A DNA stretch of 64,000 nucleotides from Felis catus. Taxonomy: Eukaryota. The stretch lies in NCBI RefSeq assembly GCF_018350175.1, contig NC_058368.1:100070001-100134000 (forward strand), written 5' to 3'. Position numbers and translations under genes: made by a program. Of the stretch, positions 49,978 through 61,359 are shown piece after piece. Each line of letters opens with the position of its first letter. The stretch's first letter is position 1. The notes below the pieces were generated by a model. It was not told where the DNA came from. It did no database searches and saw nothing but the letters and a program-made list of their open reading frames with translations.

Positions 49978-52359
49978 AAATTATTATAGCTTTATATTTT
50001 CCCTAGATACTCAATACCCTGGTTTAATCATTGATCTTTTTTTCTTAAAATTTTCTTAGCTGTTCTTAGGCTTTTCTTTACAAACAGATTTTAAAAGTAG
50101 CTAGTAAATTTTATTTTCAAAAATTATGTTGGAATATTAATTTTGATTACTCTGAGAAATTGTGACTTGGGAAGTACACAGGTTCTCTTTATTCTCTAGT
50201 TGCATAAAATGATAGGTCTGTTTCCATGAATGGGCCTAAATTCTAGACTTGTAGAAGAAATGATACATACAGGAACATGTTCAGTAGCCTAAGTATGACG
50301 TCATCGTGCAGAAATTAAGTAGCCTTAAGTCAGACACTGGAATGTTGTTTGTACTTTGAACATGTGTTTCTCTTCAAGGGAAAACTTGTTTTGAAAGAAA
50401 GTCATTCTCCATGTTGTTTTCAGGATTAAATTAAAAGGATGTTTTTTAGTAAAGACAGCCAAAACTTAGAGGGTGATTGAAGGAAGGAAGGTTATTTGTG
50501 TTTATTTTTAAACTAAGCATGGTATAAAAATTCAGTGTTTAGCTTAACTCCCCCTATCATGGACCAAAGTTCATAGTCCTCACATATACCAACAACAACC
50601 AACTTATTTGTGTCTTAAATAGATGTGGACTAGTTCTGAATTTTGTATTTTCATTGTTGGCACCAGTTGTGAAGAAGGAGAGGTTTTTTCAGGCCCTATC
50701 AAATTTTTAAGATTTTGAAGTGCTATAATTGCACAATTAATGCATAGGATTTACTTTATTTGGTGCTTGCATTTGTTTTCTCCACTTTGAGATTGGTCCA
50801 TCCCTCAGTATTTCAGGTCTCTGCTCAGATGTCATTCTGTCAGGGAGAGCTTCTCTGACCTGCCTTTGAAAACATCAACTGGTTATTCCATCCTCCTCAC
50901 TTGATTTTTCTTCTTTGACTTCCACCACGTTAAAGCTATGCTTATATAGCTGTCAGCCTCCCCACCTTTGTGAGTGCAAAGACTTTGTTTTCTAATCTGT
51001 CATGTTCCATACTTGACCAGTGCTTAGTATATAGTAGGTGCTCAGTTAGAGATTTGCCTTTTCAATACATATGCTATAAATATATGAATAAATACTAGTT
51101 TGAATAAATAATCATGGCTATATACAAGTTTTCTCAGTTTATTAATGACTCCTGTAATTGACTAGCTGCAGCTCCCAGTTAGGAATCTATTAGAGGAACC
51201 CGAGTAAGAGGAACCCGAGATAGGATGGCTTGGACTTGGGCAGTAACAATGGGGAACGAAAATGGGAGAGAAGTTAATGTCTGATTATAGAGGAGAAGGT
51301 ATGAATTAATCTATGAAAAGTATGAGAATAACTGAAGTCAGAAACCAGTATGAATTCTGGGCAGCCTTAGGAGCCCGTTTGACGTCCATTGTCATTAATT
51401 TGAAGTCAGAGAAATTAGCACAGCCCTTTGAATCTTCATTTCTGTGACCTGTTTTTTGGCCATAATTATTTGCGCCTGGTAGTATTTTTGTTTCTGACTT
51501 GTAGGAGCTCTCCATATGTTCGGGAAATAAGCCCTTTGTCTATCATGATTTGCAAAAAAACAAAAACAAAAACAAAAAAACAAAATTCATCTTATCGTTT
51601 GTCTCTTGACTTTGATTTTTTCCCAAAAAGTATATGATTTTACTCATGTTTTAAATTTTATTCATGTTATAAATGGTTTATTCATGTTGTAAATTCTTTA
51701 ACCTTCTAACTGGTTATGGTGGGTGTATGGGAAGACTATGAATTTCTGTATATCATTAGTTTCCTCAGCCACCTTATCGAACTCTCACCGTTTTTCATAG
51801 TTATCCCATCATTTCGCTTCCATTTTTCCAGGCTCAGAATTATATCATTTTAAGATAGTGATCATTTACTTGCTCTTAGTTTTTGTAACACTCTTTCTCT
51901 TGCCTAACTGGAATGTCCGGTACTTCGAGGACAACATAAAATAATAGCCCTGAGAGTGGACCTCCTCTCTGTTCCCGACATTAATGGGAATACTTCTGGT
52001 ACTGTCTATTTAGATGCAGGTAGATATGTCTTAAGGTGTGAAGAACCATTCCTCTTACTTAGGTGTATTTTTGTAAATCAAGAATAGATGTTGAATTTTA
52101 TCAAACACCTTTCAAGCCATTTATGAAAATGTTCTATGTGATTTTAGTGGATAGAATAAGTCTGAAAAAAATATTTCAGCCTGGTGCATTTTGACAACTT
52201 TCCCTATGTTTTCTATGTTAATTTTTTTAGATTTTCACCTGAACTCAATTTATATATACATTTTTTTAAGTAACCATTTTATTCATGACATATTTTATTT
52301 ACAGAGCTAAACAGTGTAATCTCTGATTTTTAAAATGACCTCTGCACATTTGGGGTAAT

Positions 52360-52770
52360 TCACCATCAGCCTTTAAAAATAGAATGGCCAGTTATTTTAC
52401 CAATAAATTGGCTTTCTTTAGAAATAGCAGAAGAATTGCACTTTGGCACATGCAAACTATGGCAAACCATAGGCAAGTCCAGAGATCAAAGGAAAGGAAT
52501 GTTACTTTATAGAGAAAAGGAGAAAATTGGGAGGCGCCACTTTGTACACAAGTCCATTGGAGGGAAGTGAGAATTCAGGAGGGTGATGGCTTCTCATTGA
52601 CTCAGTTGCAGTACTTTCTTATTGTCTGAACCTGTTGCTGGTTGAGGAGAAATCCTTCCTCTCTCCTGCTGGAGCAGTACTGGAGGCTTCTTCCTGTGGG
52701 GAACCCAAGGGGGTGAGAGCTCCCCCTTCTGTCCTCCGATGGCACCTTAAATGAGGTTTCTTCTTTGACT
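52360..52770 (-). mobile_element. ERV LTR-like remnant
   Basis: CCAAT-like boxes and a TATA-like (CTTTATAG) motif in antisense; composition differs from the L1 flanks. Family not identified. Confidence 0.45.
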
Positions 52771-53671
52771 CAGTTTCACAATTCTTTTGTCTTATTTTGC
52801 ATATCTGCTTTATACTTTCTAGATTAATGGTGTACATAAGTAAGATACATAGTTTTCTCTTTGTGCTCTTTTCACCATATCCCACAGACTCTGATACATC
52901 ACGATTTCTCTGCTACTGGTTTTCTCTCTCCTGTTTTTCAGTTGCTTTTCAAATGTGTGTGTTTTTGTTTTGTTTGTTTTGTTTTGTTTTGTTTTGTTTT
53001 CCCCATTTTCCTTCTCTGCTATTTTGGAATTTCTTTTGGTAACTACTCTTTAACTTTTAAAGTGAATCTTTTCTTAAAATCTAAATTAATTTCATTAAGC
53101 CTACCAGAACAACACATGGGCCTCATAGATTTAGTCCACTTTTTTTTATCTTGCATGTATTTGTGTCAAATATTTTAGCCCTGCCTTTTTATTTTTAGCT
53201 AGAATTAGACAATATCAATATTGCTTTATTCAGTGTTTATGTAGATCTCCTCACATTCTTAGCATTTTCTTTGTTCATCATTTTTCTTCATTTCCAATGT
53301 TATTTCTAGTATTATTAACTACTTTCTTAAGTACATATTTTTCAGCCTTGTACAAGTGAGGATCTATCACTATAAGCTTTCTAACTTTTTGTCTGTCAAA
53401 ATAATGTCTTTATTTTAATCTCTTTCTCAACGATAGTCTAGTAGAGGAACTGATCTTGGCTAGTTATCTTCTTCCGCTACTATGAAAATATATCATTTGT
53501 TTTCTGACGTAGTTTCTATTGAGAAGATGGCTGCCAATCACATTGTCATCCCTTTTAGGCAATTTTATGTGTCAGTGATTCTTTGATAATATGAAATATT
53601 TGTATCTTTTAATAGAGGCTATCTTTATAATCGTAATTTTATATGCTCTACCCAGTACTCTGTTGCTTTAG

Positions 53672-53862
53672 AGCAGGTGTCAACAAACGTTTTTGGCCGC
53701 TTTGGGGCTTATCTCTGACAGCTACCTGACTTTGCTGTTGTAGCACAAAAGCAGCCATACATAATATGTAAACAAATGGCTGCATTTCATTAAATTTTAT
53801 CTGCCAGAACAGGTGGTGGTATGCCTGAGTTAGCCCCTGGTTCTTGTATTTCGACCCATGCT
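53672..53862 (+). mobile_element. MER58A-like hAT transposon
   Basis: CAGGTGTCAACAAAC...CTGTTGTAGCACAAAAGCAGCCATACATAATATGTAAACAAATGG...GACCCATG. Confidence 0.75.
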
Positions 53863-55611
53863 TTTGACAGTCTGTTCTGAATAATGATTACATTAATATA
53901 TTTCTTCCTCCTTTCAGCATCCTTTCCTCCACTGCTGGATATGAGTTTAGGGTTTGTTTATCTTTATGTTAATAAATCTCAGAATAGACAGATGGATGTA
54001 TTTATCAGTTTTAAATTACATATTTTAACCCACACTATGAAAATATAAAGAAGTAGCAAACGCATCTTTTCTTTCCCATCCCTTCTCAACCTTAGTTAAT
54101 TGTGCCATTTTAACCATAAGGTTTAGAGCATTTACATTCTGTTCTGTCACCCTATCTTTGTCAGTCAGGTGACTTGTTGAAGGTCACATAGCAAGTAAGT
54201 GGTTGAAGCCAGGATACTAGGGTAACTTGGATAGCCTGTGTTGTTAACTACATCATGCTGCCATGTTTTTTCTGAAGCTTCGCTAATCTTGATACCTAAC
54301 AAAAATTATGGGGGGTTGAGAGGAGCCAAATCATCTATAAATGTGAATGTGAAAATGTCAAACCTGCAAACCAAGTTCTCTATATTTTTTAAAGTTGTTC
54401 AACATTATCATGGTTAATTCAATTCAAATGTTATTGAATTTAATTAAAAACATCACTCCAGTAAGACCAATAAAAAAATATTTTTTCATCCCGGTAAAAA
54501 ACTGGAGGACTCACTATAATCTATCCCATTTCTAAGCAAAGCACTTAAAAATTTAGGAATAGAGGATAACTCATCAACATGAAAACAGGTATCTTAGACT
54601 GATAGGCAATATTGTATTTAATGAAGAAATATTAAAAGTTAGAAACATAACAAGGATGGCTATTATTATATTGTTACTACATTTCTATTTAACATTGTAC
54701 TGAAAGCTGAAGCCAGTACAGTTTGGAATAAAAGAAATATGATAGGTGCAGCTAACTTGAAAGGAAGAAATAGAATTAATATTGGTTTTTACTACTGCCT
54801 CATGTATAGTATTTTATTCAGTTCCAATGTGACTGTGGTTACACTAAGAGTTTGGTATGGTTTGTTGTTTTAATGCCCTCATCTTCATACGAAGGATCCA
54901 AGTTCCCTTATTCCTTTTCTTCAGGAGAACCCACGGCTGGCCAGGATTACTGAGTGACAGGTTATTCGTAGGGGAAAAATCAGAAAATCTTTCATTTTGT
55001 CCCTGAACCTCTGCAACTTTTTGTTCTTCTTCCTTCTGACTATTTCCTTCTCCATGTTGACTTCCACTCTACCCTCCTTCTGACTCTTTTTTCCCCTTCC
55101 AGTTTTATCTGTCCTTTTGGGGACAGAGAAAACAGCCCCCCAAGTGTGCCTGAAAGAACTCATCTGGCACTTTAGGGCTAAGGTTTGTTTTGAATCTTGG
55201 CTGCTGAGTGAATATGAATTGGGAGTAGAGAAATGACCCATTAAGTGTAAATGAGAGAGAAAAAAGGATAAGAAATACTCTGAACAGAACAAAATAAACA
55301 CTAAGACGTAGTTCTGCCCCATTTGCAAATAGGAGTCTCTACATAGCACGTAGGGTTCTTCGACAAGCACTCAGTGAGTGTTAGCTATTCTTGCAAAATT
55401 CATCTGGCTGCCAATTCTTCTAACCATTATCAATATTTTAGTTACTTTTCTTATAATTAAAATTTTTTGGAGAAAGTATATTTCAATCCATCTAGCTTAG
55501 GACCAAGAACTCACTACCCTTTGGTAAAGAACACCATGATTATCAAGGCCATGTGGGGGAGGTATTATTACCCCAGAAGGAATTAAGGTGCTCATTTCTT
55601 TTAAAAGCAAG

Positions 55612-55612
<1 letters not shown>

Positions 55613-55653
<41 letters not shown>
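55613..55653. repeat. (CA)n microsatellite
   Basis: About 20 units. Confidence 0.95.
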
Positions 55654-55654
<1 letters not shown>

Positions 55655-58600
55655 GCAGAAACACAAGGTGTTAACCATGAAAGAGTAACTTCCAGTGCAA
55701 GTCTAATAAGAGAGCATGCATATACATGAATCTATAAAGAAGGTGTTTACCTTAAGCAGTAGAGAAGTAAAACTCCTGTGTGTTCAGAGCACAAGTACTT
55801 TACTCTTGCAGAGAGAAGAGGTGTAAGGGGAATGGACATTTGTCTAGCTTGGCTAGAAGGGAAATGCACATAAATGGTAGGGTATACAACCGATGAAGTG
55901 GGGAATTGGGGCCAGATAAAGGCAGGTCTTGAATGTTGTTAGGGTTCTTGAGATTTAGTTAACAGGAAATTGAGAAACCAAATTTAAAACTGAAAAGTCT
56001 GAGGAAGAAGAAAGCTATGGACTTGTGTAGAGATTTAAAGCATGTAATATATCCACCTTGCCAAGTGTCCTTAGCTTTCTTGCATTTCCAGTAACTGACC
56101 TCTTTGAAAATGTTCTAGGTCAAAGTTTTCCCATGATATTTCAGATCAACAGATCATTTGTGTAAGGTTAAAATTACACTTGACAATAATGGGGGAAAAA
56201 TACACACGCACGATAAAAACAGCTCCAAAAACAACGTTTTGGCTTTCCTTGTGAAAGAGCACAGCACCTTAAATGTCTTTCATAAGGTTCCAAAATTATC
56301 TCAAATTACAAAAAGGAGGGGGGAAAAAAAGGTCAGTTATCAAGTTTCATGTTAAATGTTATTTAATTTAATAAAGTACGTTAATGAAAGGAACAAGTAG
56401 TTCATTTCAAATGAGAGACCATACATGCCATTATGGAATTCTCTCAGCTCTTCAGAAAAAGTCACTGATTCTGGTCATTTGATAATAGATCTAGCAGTGA
56501 TCATTAATGGCTGCTAAAATGAGTGCGTGAAAACATGGCGGGGAATTTTACAGTGGATGCATCAGACAACACTGAATCCCCAGATCATTCTTACCATCAC
56601 AAAAAGAGAGACAGCCGGGGACATCCTGGGCTTCCTCATGGGATGCAGTTGTGTGGGGCACACTACCACCTGTCAAGTCTTCTTGCTCCCCCAGATCAAA
56701 CCCAGCCCCTATCTGGTCACTCCTCCAGAATTTTTATAGGATATACAAAGAACAAAGGAGTGGATTAAATGACACCACCAGGATACAGTCGACAAAATCT
56801 AGAATGTAGAAAATTCTGAGAGAATAGGTATCCTATAAAAATTCCTATTTTTTTCATACATATTAATAGCAAGACAAAGGAAAAATGATAAAAAAAAAAA
56901 GATGTTTAAAAAGAGAGAGAGAGACTAAAAACAGATTATAATCAAATTCAATGTGTGGTCCTTCTTTGATCCTGATTTAAATAAACCAACTCAAAAAAAA
57001 AAAAAAAGAAAGAAACAAGTCATGAGACAGTGTTTGAAGTTTGAATACTAACTCGATTTTTCATGATATTAGAGAACTGTGAGAAATGGGTATTTTTTAT
57101 TAATGGCAACGAACTTAAATGATTTCCATTAAAACAGGATGGACATATTAATTTTGAGTAAAGGTCCAAAATATTCTGATAGGGTAAAGTCCAAGTCTTG
57201 GATTTTTTTTTTCCTTGCATTTTCAAATGAGACCAGTGTCTGAGGTTAAAGTACTCACACTGGCCTCTTGTTGATCACTGAGAAAGAATCCCTGAGGACC
57301 CCCTGTAGCTAAATTGTGAAATCCTGTGCATGAGGAGAGAGAAAAGGAGAATATGTCATTTTTTTCCACAGAATATTCTCCTGAGAAAATTGGGGAGGTG
57401 GGGGTAGGGAATAAAGCTATGTGTGCCTCACGCCTGATAAGCCTTCTCAAACTCTGAAACAATAACAGGATAACTCCCTGTGGACTAAAAAGCATCCCTG
57501 GTCAGCCTGGACCTTGGACACAATCTTGGCTTGGTAGGGAATTTTCCAGAGAGCAGGTTGCCTAAATTAGGGAAGAAGCCACACCATGTGTGTGTTTTTG
57601 TTCCCATCCCTCTGACCTCATCTCCTTAGATCTCTGATCTGCAAAGCAAATGTAGCTGAACTACCGATGCTCTTGGAATCAGGTTCAGAAACCTCTGGGA
57701 TGAGTTGTCACACCTTTGCACCACCCCCACCTCTCCAGCATCAACCACACATCAGTTTTTCTATATCCTGGATTAAAAAGAATGAATGGGGTGAATATTG
57801 AGAGATAGATGAGCATAGGTGACTGCTAGTTACTGTCACCCAAGGCTCTCAATACCACTGCAGTTATTCCAGAACACTGGTATGTTGTCGCGCTTTTTTC
57901 TGAATTTTCCCTCTGACTTTTTTCCACCACTGAACTGTACCCATGCTACAGGGACTGTAAATGTGTTAAAAGCACAATGTAACTAATAGAAATAAAGAGT
58001 GCAATGCCCTCTCCCCAAGGTACTGCTTCCAGAGACAGCCTCTCACTGATGCTCAATGATTAACAAGAAAATAGAAGGATGGGAGAGGGGTCATTGGAAA
58101 TGGGTAGCACCTGGGGGAGCAAAACCTTAAAAGAATGGCTTTTCCTCTTCTTCTTTTCCTGTTTTATCTTTGACTCCACCCTCCTTTTTGCAACTCCACT
58201 GTGTTTGGATGGGAAGGAACTAAAGTCTTCTCACTTGTAAGGATAAGCCTCCCTCCTGAAATGTCCTACTAAAACTTCATGAAACACAGAAGGTGGGGTG
58301 AAAGTGAACAGGTTGTTTAGACCTGCCAGTAGGGGAGGAAGGGCAGTGTTGAAACGGAGAGCAGGACAGCACTGTTTCCTTCTGGAGGAAAAATCAGCCC
58401 TTAGATACTGATCATATGGGATTGTCTTCGCAGAAATCAGTTGAATGACTAGCTGGAAGAAAAGGTCATGAGTTGGACCATATAGATGTTGATTTTGTTA
58501 ATCTTTTTGTTAGACATAAATAGGGTGGCTTGCTGGCTCCCAGTAAACTTCTCATTGACAGTACCCATAATAATTCACCCCTGCCTCTGGAGCAATCATT

Positions 58601-60094
58601 TTCTTTTCCCTCACTTTCCTTTCACACCCACGCATAAAGCCAAAATGCAGTCATGTGCTTGGATGGGAGCAGCCGGTCTCTTGCCTGACGATTCATCCTT
58701 GACTTTGGTGATTGAATAAGAAAGAGCACTTGACTCAACCTAGACCTGTCATAATATTCACATGACTGAGTCTGAGCTTAGGAAATACCTTCCCTAGATT
58801 TTCAAACTTGAGCTACAGGTTATCGATATTTTCTTTCTGATCAGCGAGCCAGGTAGTTGTGCACCCAGATTTGTATCTGTAGGCAAGAAGGTTTCCATCC
58901 TCATGAAGAAACTAAAACCGAGAGCCTGAAGTTGACATATAAATAAACAGAGAATAGGCAGTAAGAATGTGGCCTTGATGGTGTTTGATTTCCTGATAAC
59001 AGCTGCTCCTTCAGCAAACCCTAACTTTGCTTTTCCTCTTTTTGGTTATATGAGCCTATGAATTCCTTTTTGGACTAAGCAAGTTGGAGATCTGTTTCTG
59101 TTACCAGAAACCAAAGGGCACTAAAACAAAAATGAAGTGATCACAACTACCAGATTGTTTATTTATCCATGAATGTTACCTCCAGCAGCACTCTAGCTAT
59201 AGATTCTCATAAAAGGGTTTTTTTTTTTCCTAATACCATCCCTCTAAAAAGATAATGTCATTGTAATAACTAAAAATGGTTGACTTGGATGTTTGCTGTG
59301 GTATAATTCACTAGTTTGCAAATAACTCGTTGGTAACATTGGCTCCAGATATCTGCATTCGTTAAATAAAGATAAGTGCAATGAAGATCCAATATTATTT
59401 GAACCATTTGCAAAAAGGAGTTGTTTCTGACCCGTCTCTACCATTATATTTGTCCTTAGTCCTTGGTACATACAGCTGTCATGACCACTGTGTTGACTTG
59501 GTCTGTAAAGGTACTGAAAACTAGCAGTGTTCTAACAGTCCATTTTCTTGGTCATTGTATTGACGGTTCATTCACCTTTTGGTTTGTGAGTTTTCTCTGT
59601 CTCTCTCTCTCTCCAGATTTGGTGCCTGTTACCCATAGTTAAGCAGTGAATTATTGGCAGCAAATTATAAATATGCATATATGCTTCCAAGTCATTCATT
59701 CCCAATCCTGTTTTTCCCTGTCCTTGTTGAGAAATATTAAGATTTACTTGAAATTTACTTAAATGATGCTATCACATATGAAATTATTTCAACTATACAA
59801 AATGAATGAACCATGAAGAAAATGATTAATTCGCCCTGAATGCTATAAACAACTGATATCTGGGAGAGGAGAAATTTTAATGAGGAGTATCTAAAGCATT
59901 CAAATTATTGGACAGATAGGAAAGATATATGTTTCCTTCTAAAATAGAACATGGTTTAGAGACTGAAATAATGATCTCAACTGAAAGGATCCTATTTAAC
60001 CATTAGGTTTTTAGAAAGCAAGGCAAGCAATGAATTTGTGGGTTTTAAGTGTTTCTGTGTCCCACAGTCCAAATACTATCACTATCATATATTT

Positions 60095-60197
60095 GTTTTT
60101 TGTTTTTGTTTTTGTTTTTTATTATTATATGAAATTTATTGTCAAATTCATTTCCATACAACACCCAGTACTCATCCCAAAAGATGCCCTCTTCAAT
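60095..60197 (-). mobile_element. Short L1_Fc-like 3' stub
   Basis: GAAATTTATTGTCAAATT..TTTCCATACAACACCCAGTACTCATCCCAAAAGATGCC, preceded by a (TTTTTG)n tail. Confidence 0.8.
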
Positions 60198-61359
60198 TTG
60201 TTTTAATAAATTAATAAATTATCTCATTTTTATGAACTGGTAATTACTTAGTATGTCATATGCCAGAGTTGTCCAAGATAAATGGCTTAACAGAATAACA
60301 AGTGCTATTTAAAAAAAAAACAAAAAACAAAACTTTTGTGGCAAAACAAATGTGAGAAATACTGGATAACACAGACAAATTGATTTCTTTACTGCAGGAT
60401 CTCTGAGACTCTTTAATATGCTAATATGTATTGGGAATCTCCACCATAGAGATAACATCTCCCATATCTATTTTTCTATGTGATTCTTTCTGAGTAACAG
60501 TATCTTGCAAAATTAGAATTCTTCTATACATGCTTTAATTGGTTATTCCACCTCTCTGTTAATCCTCTACTAATACCTGTGGCAAGGATTAGAAATATTA
60601 ATAAATGAGTGTCATAAGACAGGCACCTTTTCTAACACAAGGAAAGGTCCACTCTCCCCTGTCTTTGTTTCATGAGCTTTTGGTTGAATGAAGAGTACTC
60701 AAAACACTGACCACTGACAAGATAAGAGAAATCATATTTTTATTAATAATGAAAGTGTGTTCAGATACTTTGCATTGAGCAAGCAAGGGAAGCATGAAAT
60801 TTGTGGTGTCACTGAGAACAGACTACTCAGGTCTGCAACCTGCTGGCCACAAGCCTACATCCATGTTACCTGCAAGAGCTCATTAAAGGTGAATTGTGAG
60901 TTGATTTTGCAAATTGTCCCCCCAAAGCACTTGTCCACACTTTGGTGCCTGTTTGTCCTTCCAGGTTATCAGCTCCCAGGCTAATCTGATATACCTTTAG
61001 ATAAGACATCTGTGATAGCAATGATTCTCTTTATATAAATAATTTGTAGCTTGAGTTGGATAAGTCCCCTAGCAGTATATATATGCTCATGTATATTTCT
61101 TATAAATCAGAGTGTGGTTGTTCTCTTAATGCCTGCTGTGCATCCTTAGAGAGGTTAGGATCAATTCATGTCCAAGTTTCTTTTTAAAACATCAGCTACA
61201 TTTTTATCCATCAGAAACAAGTTTCAAGCCATGTGAGCTCGTTAAACAATTTGTTAATACAAAAGGCAACTAAGCAAAACCACCAGCCATAGTCATGGTT
61301 TTAAGATTTTAACCTAAAATGAAAATCATATCATTTATTTGTATTTAACAACAAATGAC

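Noticed and set aside
51192..51219. 15-bp tandem duplication AGAGGAACCCGAG (similarly 17 bp at 63928-63959)
   Set aside because: Ordinary slippage duplications with two copies only.
54921..55370. 149-aa minus-strand ORF
   Set aside because: No ATG at the given start, no recognisable domain; within chance expectation.
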